49,292 bases of DNA, taken from a virus (Duplodnaviria > Caudoviricetes). Position numbers and translations under genes: made by a program. Under the pieces are notes generated by a model. That model did not search any database. It was not told where the DNA came from and saw only the letters and a program-made list of their open reading frames with translations. Positions 1-9,375 of this stretch are shown here, piece by piece; position 1 is the first letter of the stretch; each line of letters starts with the position of its first letter. The DNA lies in IMG/VR virus record IMGVR_UViG_3300017766_003288, positions 1 through 49,292 of that record. One strand, 5' to 3'.

Positions 1-1265
1 GGGTACCTTGATCTCCCTGAAGACCTTGAGTGCCTTGAATGCCCTGGTCACCTTGAGTACCTTGGATACCTTGAGTACCTTGATCTCCCTGAAGACCTTG
101 AGTACCTTGAATACCCTGATCCCCTTGAGTACCTTGAATACCTTGAGTTCCCTGTTCTCCCTGAAGACCTTGAGTGCCTTGAATACCCTGATCCCCTTGA
201 GTACCCTGAATACCTTGAGTTCCCTGTTCTCCCTGAAGACCTTGAGTACCTTGATCTCCCTGTAATCCTTGAGCACCTTGAGTTCCTTGATCACCTTGGG
301 TACCTTGATCTCCCTGAAGACCTTGAGTACCTTGAATACCCTGGTCCCCTTGAGTTCCCTGAACTCCCTGATCTCCTTGGGTTCCTTGATCTCCCTGAAG
401 ACCTTGAGTGCCTTGAATGCCCTGGTCACCTTGAGTACCTTGGATACCTTGAGTTCCTTGATCACCTTGAAGACCTTGAGTACCTTGAATACCCTGGTCA
501 CCTTGAGTACCTTGGATACCTTGAGTTCCTTGATCACCTTGAATACCTTGAGTACCTTGGATACCCTGATCGCCTTGGGTACCTTGGATACCTTGAGTAC
601 CTTGATCACCTTGAATACCCTGAAGACCTTGAATACCCTGATCGCCTTGAGTACCTTGAATACCTTGGGTACCTTGGTCACCTTGAATACCTTGGAGACC
701 TTGAATACCCTGATCGCCTTGAGTACCTTGAATACCTTGGGTACCTTGGTCACCTTGAATACCTTGGAGACCTTGGATTCCTTGATCACCTTGAGTTCCC
801 TGAATTCCTTGAGTGCCTTGGATACCTTGAAGACCTTGGATTCCTTGATCACCTTGAGTTCCCTGAACTCCCTGATCTCCCTGAATACCTTGAAGACCTT
901 GAGTACCTTGAGTTCCTTGACCACCTTGAGTTCCCTGAACTCCTTGATCTCCCTGAATACCTTGAAGACCTTGAGTACCTTGATCTCCTTGCAATCCTTG
1001 AGTACCTTGTGTCCCTTGATTTCCTTGTAATCCTTGTGTTCCTTGTGTTCCTTGGAAATTACTTAAAGAACCTTGAGTGCCTTGAATTCCTTGATTACCT
1101 TGAAGACCTTGAAGACCTTGCGTTCCTTGAAAATTACTTAAAGGTCCTTGGGTTCCTTGAAAATTACTTAAAGGTCCTTGGGTTCCTTGAATACCTTGGT
1201 CGCCTTGTCCCTGAAGACCCTGCAAACCTTGAACACCCTGCCAACCCTGAAAACCTGCAGTCCCT
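1..1265. repeat. 9-bp-period degenerate tandem repeat (collagen Gly-X-Gln codons)
   Basis: Recurrent ccttgagta/ccctgaaga/ccttgatct units; 30-bp higher-order repeats at 1122-1190 encode GPLSNFQ interruptions. Confidence 0.95.
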
Positions 1266-1525
1266 TGTGCTGAAGGACTTAATGCATAAGGAAGGTCATT
1301 CCAAGGTGTTTCTCCATCACCAAATTTAAATAATTGATTATCAGATTCTATTCCAACATATCCAAGTTTTAAAACTGGATTTTCAAATTCCCAATTTTCT
1401 GCAGTATCAACTAATTGATCTATCGCTTTCTCTAGTTCAACATCACCATAAATGATCATTCCAGCATAAAATGTGGCACGATCGTTAAAAAGTTGTTGTA
1501 AGCTAAGATAATTAGAATTTTCCAT
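1..1525 (-). CDS. Collagen-like (Gly-X-Gln) fibre protein with N-terminal Mtd_N/hyaluronidase-N-like domain; runs off the window start
   Basis: Not in the ORF track. Hand translation from ATG at 1525 gives MENSNYLSLQQLFNDRATFYAG...ENPVLKLGYVGIESDNQLFKFGDGETPWNDLPYALSPSAQGTAGFQGWQGVQG..., then ~1.25 kb of QGTQG/QGDQG/QGLQG repeats to base 1. Confidence 0.9.
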   Translation of the reverse strand, partial: MENSNYLSLQQLFNDRATFYAGMIIYGDVELEKAIDQLVDTAENWEFENPVLKLGYVGIESDNQLFKFGDGETPWNDLPYALSPSAQGTAGFQGWQGVQGLQGLQGQGDQGIQGTQGPLSNFQGTQGPLSNFQGTQGLQGLQGNQGIQGTQGSLSNFQGTQGTQGLQGNQGTQGTQGLQGDQGTQGLQGIQGDQGVQGTQGGQGTQGTQGLQGIQGDQGVQGTQGDQGIQGLQGIQGTQGIQGTQGDQGIQGLQGIQGDQGTQGIQGTQGDQGIQGLQGIQGDQGTQGIQGTQGDQGIQGLQGIQGDQGTQGIQGTQGDQGIQGTQGIQGDQGTQGIQGTQGDQGIQGTQGLQGDQGTQGIQGTQGDQGIQGTQGLQGDQGTQGDQGVQGTQGDQGIQGTQGLQGDQGTQGDQGTQGAQGLQGDQGTQGLQGEQGTQGIQGTQGDQGIQGTQGLQGEQGTQGIQGTQGDQGIQGTQGLQGDQGTQGIQGTQGDQGIQGTQGLQGDQGT

Positions 1526-1529
1526 TATA

Positions 1530-2078
1530 TTAGAAAATACCAGTAAATGTACTTGTTAAAACATCAGTTCCGACATAAGTCCCTTCGAAACACATTCCTC
1601 CAAAAGTCATAGGTAATGGTGGAAGATTTCCTAAAAGAGCATCAACGGAAGCTTCAGTTGCCTTTAATAAGATTCTGCCTGCACTTGCTTTTAAATTAAT
1701 ATCTTTCCCAGCACTAAGTTCTATATTTTCATCAGCATCTAATATAATATTTTTTCCTCTTATTCTAATCTCCCCATCTCTTTCTGCAGTAATCCAAACA
1801 TCGCCATTTTTTCCAGTGATGACTATATCAACACCAGTAGATTTACTTTTTTGTCCAGCAATAATTTCTAGAGATCCATCAGAATAAATCTTAGATAATC
1901 CACCTGCACTCAATCCACTTAAAGATATTTCATTCTTATCAGTAACTCCATAAAAATTATAAACATCCGTCCCATCTAACCCCATTTGTGGGTTGCATAT
2001 ATCATACCTAAAATTAGGCCCAAGACTACATATATTTCTTCTCTGCCACTTCTGTTTTTTAAAAGGTCTTTGGCCCAT
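1530..2078 (-). CDS. Baseplate spike-like protein (gp5 C-terminal beta-helix-like)
   Basis: Directly downstream of gp5; short beta-strand repeats (VDIVITGKNGDVWITAERDGEIRIRGKNIILDADENIELSAGKDINLKA). Confidence 0.6.
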   Translation of the reverse strand: MGQRPFKKQKWQRRNICSLGPNFRYDICNPQMGLDGTDVYNFYGVTDKNEISLSGLSAGGLSKIYSDGSLEIIAGQKSKSTGVDIVITGKNGDVWITAERDGEIRIRGKNIILDADENIELSAGKDINLKASAGRILLKATEASVDALLGNLPPLPMTFGGMCFEGTYVGTDVLTSTFTGIF

Positions 2079-2079
2079 A

Positions 2080-4194
2080 TTAATTAATACAATCTATCTG
2101 AGTAATTGGTTGTGTTGTGAAATTACCAGATTCATCAACTTGACTTGGAACAACTTCTAATTTTGTACTTAGAATAGCGCCAAAACCAGTTTCACTAACA
2201 ATAACTAATTCTGGAATATCATCAACTCTAATAATTTGTTCGATTTTTCTTTCTTTTCCTGTAGTTGTTCTTACATTATCTGGTATTGTTAAAGGAACTG
2301 GTCCAATATTAGATATTGGATCAATTACTGTTATAATATTTATTGGAGAGACATTGATGACTTTTCCCTCTTCTATTTGCAAATCATACTTATTATCAAA
2401 TTGATCTATAGCATAATCACCTACTGAATAATCTTCTCCAGATTCAATAATATCAATACTTTCAACATAATATGGTTCTAATTCACCAACTGGATAATTT
2501 TCACCCTCAGAAACCATATAGATTGATTCAATTTCACCATCATCATTAATAATTGCTCTGGCGACTGCACCATATCCCTGATCACAATCATCACTAATTT
2601 CTACAAATGGTGGAAAATTATACTTTTTTCCTTTTTCAGTAACTTTTATACCAATCACACTACCAGTTTTTTCTTTACCTTTCCCAACAACTGCTCCCAT
2701 AATTGGAACGGCTTTTGCACCTTTTCCTTTACTGCCAAATATTTTAACCTTTGGTGGACTACACGAAACTGGAGTTCCTGTATAACATTTGGAAGAAGAT
2801 GATTTAGAAGATACCATGAATCCATCAAAAGCAGATCCAATATCTTTTGCTACAGTTTCTAAATCCTTTTTCTTATTTCCGAAAGCTTCTATAAGATTAT
2901 CTGCATTTACACTTTTTACGATTTCTTTAAAATCTGGACCAGGAGCATCTTTTGATCCTCTACCAATCATCCATTCATTAGCTTTTACCGACAAATCTCT
3001 TTTCAATGAACTTTTATTAATTTTACTAACCTTAGCAACAATTCCAGAAATAGATTCAATACTATTGCGAAGGAAATTAGTTACGTCAAAACCACCCACT
3101 AAAGATAAAACTTTTTGTACTCCACCAAGAACATTACTCATCCCAGATTCAATTTGTTTAATAATATGATTAATTAATGATCCACTAAATTGGTTAGTGG
3201 CACAAGATTTAAATCTTTTGGAATTTTTTACTACTGAGTTTAATAGACTAGATATTACAGATCCAAGAGATCCAATAACTTTATTTGCTAAAGAAGGTAG
3301 AAGTTGCTGAATGTTATTAACTGGACCAACCATTGCAGTTTGCGCTGCAACACCTGCCAAATGAGCAACCTGATGTGATTTAGTTGCGGCAAAAACTAAA
3401 TTATAAACTTGCTGATATAATGCCTTTAATCCTGAATTTATTATTGGTCCTAAAGCATTATAAACTCCAGAAATCATACTACCAACAAGACCATTGGTAA
3501 CTGATTGAATCTTATCAGTTACAATATTAACTAATGTTGAAACTTTATTCAGACCAGATTTAACTGCATTTAATAGATTAGTTACTTCTGCACCAATTTT
3601 GTCTATAGTTTTTGAAGTATCTTCAGTTCCTGCTACTAAAATGTCAGAAATTCCAGTAAAATAAGTTCTTTCATCCTTACCAAGACTTTTTGCCTGTTCA
3701 GTGGAAACGTGTCTAGGTGACTTTTGAGAATTTGCATTCTGCTCATTTGTTTGATCTTTTACTATATTCTTACCATCATTTTTAACTTTAGATGTATATC
3801 CAGTAAAAGGAACGAATGGATTTTTATAATCTTTTGAAGGAACCTGTGAAGTTCTTCCAAAAGCGCCCATAATTACTGGCACTTGAGCATTATCACCATC
3901 AAGAAAAAATCCAAATACAGTATCTCCTGGAGCAAGTTTAATATCAACCGCCTGATTTTGAGCCCCTGTTCCTGAAGTTGAAGGTAAAAGAACCTGTGCC
4001 CAAGGAAGATCTTCATCTGGTAGATCAACCAGGCTGTATGGGTGATAACCCATAATGCGAACCTTAAATCTATTTCCCCATCCAGCACCATTTAATTGAT
4101 TTCCGTGAGATTTTTCTGGTGGTATTTGACCAATCCACCACCTAAATCCATCTCTACCGATAAAATTACTTTTGATTAGAGATTCATCTTGCAT
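2080..4194 (-). CDS. gp5: Baseplate hub subunit gp5 (OB-fold N-terminus; no lysozyme domain seen)
   Basis: GFRWWIGQI...NRFKVRIMGYHP...DEDLPWAQVLLP...GDTVFGFFLDGDNAQVPVIMG is the gp5 OB-fold signature; baseplate context. Confidence 0.85.
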   Translation of the reverse strand: MQDESLIKSNFIGRDGFRWWIGQIPPEKSHGNQLNGAGWGNRFKVRIMGYHPYSLVDLPDEDLPWAQVLLPSTSGTGAQNQAVDIKLAPGDTVFGFFLDGDNAQVPVIMGAFGRTSQVPSKDYKNPFVPFTGYTSKVKNDGKNIVKDQTNEQNANSQKSPRHVSTEQAKSLGKDERTYFTGISDILVAGTEDTSKTIDKIGAEVTNLLNAVKSGLNKVSTLVNIVTDKIQSVTNGLVGSMISGVYNALGPIINSGLKALYQQVYNLVFAATKSHQVAHLAGVAAQTAMVGPVNNIQQLLPSLANKVIGSLGSVISSLLNSVVKNSKRFKSCATNQFSGSLINHIIKQIESGMSNVLGGVQKVLSLVGGFDVTNFLRNSIESISGIVAKVSKINKSSLKRDLSVKANEWMIGRGSKDAPGPDFKEIVKSVNADNLIEAFGNKKKDLETVAKDIGSAFDGFMVSSKSSSSKCYTGTPVSCSPPKVKIFGSKGKGAKAVPIMGAVVGKGKEKTGSVIGIKVTEKGKKYNFPPFVEISDDCDQGYGAVARAIINDDGEIESIYMVSEGENYPVGELEPYYVESIDIIESGEDYSVGDYAIDQFDNKYDLQIEEGKVINVSPINIITVIDPISNIGPVPLTIPDNVRTTTGKERKIEQIIRVDDIPELVIVSETGFGAILSTKLEVVPSQVDESGNFTTQPITQIDCIN

Positions 4195-4200
4195 ATCTAC

Positions 4201-5523
4201 TTACTCTTTATTATTTGTCCCGTGTCTCCCAAATGTATCCCTAATTAATAGCATAGAAGTGTAAGATCCCTCAGTATCAAAATGATGACAAAGTTCTTTT
4301 ATCATATATAGTCCACTTTGATCATCGTCCATTTCTTTACTGTCAGAGTTAGAAATTTTCGGAAATTCGCACGTAATAATATCGCCAGCCCTTAGATTAG
4401 TATTAGAAGGTATGGTCATATTCAAAGTTTGAGTAAACAAAACATTATATCTCATAATAGATTGAGATTGATACTTGAATGGATCAGAATTTATATCTTT
4501 AGATACATTCTTTTCCATAGTACCAATATCTAAAACTTGAGTTAAAATTCTTGTCGGAATATCACCAAGAGTAACATTAGATGAATTTGTTATATTTGGA
4601 AGAACCATATCATCGCCAAGATTTTTCATATTTCCAGCATAATCCGAAAACTTAAATATTCCTTTTTCTGGACTTGTAAACTCAAAAGTTAATGGATTAT
4701 AAAACATTCTATAACTACAGTATGTCCCCAATCTCAGTTTTTCTAAAAGATTTTGATTTCTATTTGTGGAGTATTTTAAGATATTAAAATCGTTATTGCG
4801 ATCAATACTAGATTGATTAACTTCAGTATATGTATAAGTTGCTTTTGAAGTTTCCGTAATTAAAGCATCAATTGATCTAAATTGAAATCCATCTTTGGTC
4901 TGAAAAAATACAAATCCAGCAGTAGCATCTCCAGACATATTAGGAACTGCCTTTGATGCTAACCACACTAAAACTGTGAATGGTTTTCTAAGATTTCCAA
5001 TAAATCCATATTTGTTTGAAGTTTTATCTATTTTTCCAACCTTATCAGTTTTTAAATAATCTTTTATGATGGCATTAACTGATTCATCAATTGATGATGA
5101 AGTTGGAAACTTTCTAGGAACCCTTGTTGTTTCATTTGTGATTGCTTCTCTTGAAACTAAATTAAGAACAAAACTTTCTCTCTGAGTCTCACTAATAACA
5201 TTTGAAATACTAGAAACATACAAATAATCTGTTGTATTCGTAGCAAAATCAAGTCCAGGATTTGTTGAAGAATTTCCAGCAATTTTTATAGAAACTCTTT
5301 CTCCACCTCTTAAAGGTAAACCATTATAAATCGATTGAGGTTTACCATCCTTACCAGTTATTGATTGTCCAGTATTAGCAACAATCACCTTAGCAGTAAT
5401 TGTTGGTGAAAAAATATCCTCATAGTAATCGAAAGAAGCAACCCCCTGCTTAATATCAACAGTTTTTGATCTATCGTTAGATTCTATGAAGAACTCTTCA
5501 TATATGGACTTTTTTACTGACAT
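4201..5523 (-). CDS. Baseplate hub protein (gp27/GpD-like)
   Basis: FVFFQTKDGFQFRSID and C-terminal IPSNTNLRAGDII...SGLYMIKELCHHF typical of hub proteins; immediately upstream of gp5. Confidence 0.65.
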   Translation of the reverse strand: MSVKKSIYEEFFIESNDRSKTVDIKQGVASFDYYEDIFSPTITAKVIVANTGQSITGKDGKPQSIYNGLPLRGGERVSIKIAGNSSTNPGLDFATNTTDYLYVSSISNVISETQRESFVLNLVSREAITNETTRVPRKFPTSSSIDESVNAIIKDYLKTDKVGKIDKTSNKYGFIGNLRKPFTVLVWLASKAVPNMSGDATAGFVFFQTKDGFQFRSIDALITETSKATYTYTEVNQSSIDRNNDFNILKYSTNRNQNLLEKLRLGTYCSYRMFYNPLTFEFTSPEKGIFKFSDYAGNMKNLGDDMVLPNITNSSNVTLGDIPTRILTQVLDIGTMEKNVSKDINSDPFKYQSQSIMRYNVLFTQTLNMTIPSNTNLRAGDIITCEFPKISNSDSKEMDDDQSGLYMIKELCHHFDTEGSYTSMLLIRDTFGRHGTNNKE

Positions 5524-7529
5524 TATGTGTATGCTAGGTCTAAGAGTAACTTTTTAGTTATAAATCTATTTAACGAAGTATCAGACATATTAATATTCGT
5601 TTGTGGTTTAGATGGTATAACAACCTGAGTTTGTGGTTGAGATTGTGGATAAGCAAAAGGAACAACATAAGATTCCTGCTCAGATTCTGGAACTATCTTT
5701 TCTTCTATTGGTTGTCTAGGAGTTGGAGAAATTTTTGCAGATGGGGCTGGAGGTGGAGCTGGTTGTTGTGATAATTCACTTGCTCTAGATCCAGAAGCAC
5801 CGTGAGAAACAGTTACTCCATTAGATCCTATAATTTCTGCCTCTCTTCCATATCCACCTCTCCAATAAACTGCACCAACCGCAAATGGGAATGTTGTTTT
5901 TGATCCAGGTTGTGATGGAAAAGTTCTTTGTAATTTAGAATTATGTTCCTGAACATCTACCCCAGGACTAGATCTTGAACCGTGACCTTGTTGTTCCTGA
6001 AGAATTTGTGATCTTAAAATAGAATCATTTTTACTTGCAACAGGATATCCTGGTATATTTCCAAAGGTAACATAAGATCCTCTTGCTTGCATAGATTTAA
6101 TTGCTTGAAAAGCAACTTCACGAATCTTTAACAATCCTTCTTGTGTATAATTTGGTGTTTTTAAATCAATATGAAAGTGTGTTGCGTATGCAGTTTCACT
6201 TTTGTCACTAGATCCACCTTGAATAAACCCACCAGGTCCAGTTTGAGGAACTAAATTCATAGTTCCAGTTGATCTGGGAGATGGTTGAATTTTTGCTGTT
6301 GGTGATACTGGTGTTGGTAAATTGAATGAAGCTGCACCTTCAGGTCTAACAGGATCTCCCCTACTAGGATCTTTAAGAAATTGATTATCTCCTGGACCTC
6401 CTCTCCATGCAGAACCATAAAATCTACCATTTGGACCCATTTGCCCTTTAACTAATCCCCTTTCTCTATAATATCCTGGTTGTGCTCTAAACTCCAAAGC
6501 ACCACCAACAAATTTTGCAGAATTTGCCTGTAAAGTGGGATCTTGTATATTTTTAATAATTCCTAATAAAGTTGCTTCAGATTGACCTGACCATTTAGCA
6601 GCATCTTGTAATGTTTGTATTTTTCTAAACCCACTTGGTCCTCCTGGTCTATCCCAAACTCCAGCAAATTGTGGTCCTGGGGCAGCAAGAATATCTGTAT
6701 ATGTACCAGGATATCTTCCACTCGCTTTTCTATTAACCACTACTTGCATCATATCAACAGTAGATTGTGGACCACTACCTTCAGTACTAAGTGCAGCTGC
6801 GATACGATACATTTCTGCTGATTTTGGATCTGGAAGTCCACCACCTCCACCTTGCCGTTGACTATAATCAGTACCTAATTCTGGAGAATCTTCACGACCA
6901 CCAAGTCCTTTAGTAAGAGGAGTTGTAAATAATTGTATTACCTCATCAAAAGAACCTTGTAATCCAGAGAGAGCAGTATTTAAATTTTTCATAGAATTCT
7001 CAACTCTATTACTAGAATCTTGAAAATCAAAAGATGCAAAATTTGTAACATATGAACCAATAACATCTCCAAATGAACCTAGAATGCTTAATGCATTTGG
7101 AGCAAAAGATTGTAATATCTGAGTTAATCTTATGGCTCTTGATCCTAACTCTTGTGCCATTCCAATAATGGAAGGAAGATTATAAATCATCCATCCTGCC
7201 ATAATTGTTCCTGCAAAATTGAGTATTCTACTAAAAAATCCCTTGGTTGTATCTGCTATTACTCTACCTGGCGCTCTAAAAACTGCACCAACTTTAGACA
7301 ATTCTATAATACCTTCAGATTTTTTTCTTCTAGAAGATTCTATTTTTCTTTTAAAAGAAAATGAACTTTCCCTTAAATACTTTTTCTTCTTTTCAGAACT
7401 TTTTAGAAGATCTTTACTAATATTTGCAGTATATTTCTGGCTCCTACCCAACCCTTCATTAAGGGAAAACATACCCTTTGTAATATTTTTAAAATTAACT
7501 AAAGATCTTTTAAGTATATTAGGTGCCAT
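5523..7529 (-). CDS. Tail-associated structural protein with SleB/Hydrolase_2-like cell-wall hydrolase domain and peptidase-like C-terminal region
   Basis: Helical N-terminus; IAAALSTEG...MQVVVNRKASGRYPGTYTDILAAPGPQFAG resembles the SleB catalytic region; THFHIDL and GGYGREAEIIG...VSHG resemble M15/M23 motifs. Confidence 0.6.
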   Translation of the reverse strand: MAPNILKRSLVNFKNITKGMFSLNEGLGRSQKYTANISKDLLKSSEKKKKYLRESSFSFKRKIESSRRKKSEGIIELSKVGAVFRAPGRVIADTTKGFFSRILNFAGTIMAGWMIYNLPSIIGMAQELGSRAIRLTQILQSFAPNALSILGSFGDVIGSYVTNFASFDFQDSSNRVENSMKNLNTALSGLQGSFDEVIQLFTTPLTKGLGGREDSPELGTDYSQRQGGGGGLPDPKSAEMYRIAAALSTEGSGPQSTVDMMQVVVNRKASGRYPGTYTDILAAPGPQFAGVWDRPGGPSGFRKIQTLQDAAKWSGQSEATLLGIIKNIQDPTLQANSAKFVGGALEFRAQPGYYRERGLVKGQMGPNGRFYGSAWRGGPGDNQFLKDPSRGDPVRPEGAASFNLPTPVSPTAKIQPSPRSTGTMNLVPQTGPGGFIQGGSSDKSETAYATHFHIDLKTPNYTQEGLLKIREVAFQAIKSMQARGSYVTFGNIPGYPVASKNDSILRSQILQEQQGHGSRSSPGVDVQEHNSKLQRTFPSQPGSKTTFPFAVGAVYWRGGYGREAEIIGSNGVTVSHGASGSRASELSQQPAPPPAPSAKISPTPRQPIEEKIVPESEQESYVVPFAYPQSQPQTQVVIPSKPQTNINMSDTSLNRFITKKLLLDLAYT

Positions 7530-7530
7530 T

Positions 7531-9207
7531 TTATACTACAATATTATAGTGTACTTGAGAGTATAAGGCGTAGAAATTATCAGGATTGGAAGAAGGTATA
7601 GCAGGAACGTCATTACCTGGAGATGGCATTTGAGGTCCTGCAGTTTGGGATGGTTGCGGAATAGGTGCAATAGTAATATTTGGTTGTGGTTTTTCTAATG
7701 GCCCAACTGCAGATTCTGGTTTCTTCATACTCTCAATTGTTGGTGATTGAGGTTTAGAAGAAATTAATTCTTCATTTTGCTTTCCTTCAAACATCATAAA
7801 AGTATTATCATCTCCAGTCTTAAGAGGTTGTTTCATATCCAGCACAGAAGACATATCTACTGAATATTGCTGCTCTTCATTAAAGGTTGGAAATATCTTA
7901 GAATTAATATTTGATACTTGATCTCCAAAATTAAAGGAAACATTTGATGGTGTAATTTCCTGAGCCTTTTTTTCACCTTCAATTTGAATTTGTGAAGGTG
8001 ATATTAGTGGAGTTTGTGGTTGTGCTTGTACTGGAGGTTTATCAGGAATATTAGATTTTTGGGGTGCAGGAGTTACTTTTTGTTGTGGTTTTGATTGTTC
8101 TGGTTTAGATTCAAATGGGTTGTTAATTTTTATTCCGCCACCAGTTTTCCATTCATATGCTGCGCCTGCCACAATTGAAGCCCATCCTGGCAATCCAGGA
8201 ATCATTCCACCAACATCAAATGCTGCTCCAATAGGATCACCCTGCTTTATATTTTGATAGGCAAAGTATGAAGATATTGGTATATTGAGAAATGGGAGAA
8301 ATCTAGATGCTTTTGATCCCAATTTGGATGCGGATTCAGTTGCTGCTGCTGTACCAACTTTAGTTTCTACCTTAGTTCCTGCCTTAGTTGCTGCTTCTGT
8401 TGCTGCTTCTGTGCCAGCTTTAGTACCTTCTTTTAATAATGGAGCTGGAGCTGGAGATGGTTCTGGAGCTGGTGTCTTACCTTCTCCAGGACCAAGTTTA
8501 TCTAATAAAGATTTAATAGAATTTACTAAAGGATTATCAGTTACGAATTTAAATATTGAATTGGAAAAATTGGAAATTTTAGTAATAATATCATCTATTG
8601 CTCCTTTTACATTACCAAATATATTTGAAATAAACTTAAAATTATCTTGAGCTCCTTTCTGAAGATTTTTTAAACCTTCAAATGATTTGGTAATTAAACC
8701 ACCTATCTTACCTATAGTATTAAAAGACAACCATCCAAGAAAAAGACTAGTAAGAGTCCCCATTAGGGAATTCAAACTATTAGAAGCTTTTTCTGAAATA
8801 TTTTTAACTGGAGCAACTAATGCCGAACTTATTCTATTTTCAATAACAGATTCAGATTCATCCCTGAGTGCCTGCTGCTGCAATATTCTATCTTGTTCTA
8901 ATTTTTGCTGCTCTCTATAATTTTCAAGAATACTATTATTAACTACAGTAGATGATAGTGAACTTAATGAATTTGAAAGATTATCTATTCTTTGTCTAAG
9001 AGTAACCAGACCAGTAGATATAATATTTAAAGAAGATTGATTTGTCTCTAAAAGTTGTATTGACTGAGGATCTGGACCAGATTTTTGTGCTTGATATGGA
9101 TTTTGAGAAAGAATAGAGGATCTATCTCCAACTAATCCAGAAATATTAGCTGATCTGGATATTTGAATTCTATTTTCTCTAGAAATTGGTGATGAGATCT
9201 CAACCAT
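7531..9207 (-). CDS. Tape-measure-like / baseplate hub (gp29-like) virion protein
   Basis: Coiled-coil and amphipathic helices, GDPIGAAFDVGGMIPGLPGW segment, Pro-rich tail; follows gp26-gp51. Confidence 0.5.
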   Translation of the reverse strand: MVEISSPISRENRIQISRSANISGLVGDRSSILSQNPYQAQKSGPDPQSIQLLETNQSSLNIISTGLVTLRQRIDNLSNSLSSLSSTVVNNSILENYREQQKLEQDRILQQQALRDESESVIENRISSALVAPVKNISEKASNSLNSLMGTLTSLFLGWLSFNTIGKIGGLITKSFEGLKNLQKGAQDNFKFISNIFGNVKGAIDDIITKISNFSNSIFKFVTDNPLVNSIKSLLDKLGPGEGKTPAPEPSPAPAPLLKEGTKAGTEAATEAATKAGTKVETKVGTAAATESASKLGSKASRFLPFLNIPISSYFAYQNIKQGDPIGAAFDVGGMIPGLPGWASIVAGAAYEWKTGGGIKINNPFESKPEQSKPQQKVTPAPQKSNIPDKPPVQAQPQTPLISPSQIQIEGEKKAQEITPSNVSFNFGDQVSNINSKIFPTFNEEQQYSVDMSSVLDMKQPLKTGDDNTFMMFEGKQNEELISSKPQSPTIESMKKPESAVGPLEKPQPNITIAPIPQPSQTAGPQMPSPGNDVPAIPSSNPDNFYALYSQVHYNIVV

Positions 9208-9373
9208 TTACCTTGTTCTTTAAATTTTCTTCTTCTATAAACTGCTGTAAAAGAGAAAGGTATACTTCTCTTTCCCAGGGAATCATATTTTCTAACTCTG
9301 TTAAAGAATATTTATGATGTTGTATCAAGGCAAAATTAGTCTTGTAATATGACGCAAGATCTTCGTGCGCCAT
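9200..9373 (-). CDS. gp51: Baseplate hub assembly catalyst gp51 (57 aa, below the ORF-track cutoff)
   Basis: Hand translation MAHEDLASYYKTNFALIQHHKYSLTELENMIPWEREVYLSLLQQFIEEENLKNKVNG; the NFAL.QHHKYSL.E.ENMIPWERE.Y motif is typical. Confidence 0.9.
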   Translation of the reverse strand: MAHEDLASYYKTNFALIQHHKYSLTELENMIPWEREVYLSLLQQFIEEENLKNKVNG

Positions 9374-9375
9374 CC

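Noticed and set aside
8-1329. Plus-strand LSTL-repeat ORFs
   Set aside because: Antisense shadows of the minus-strand collagen gene
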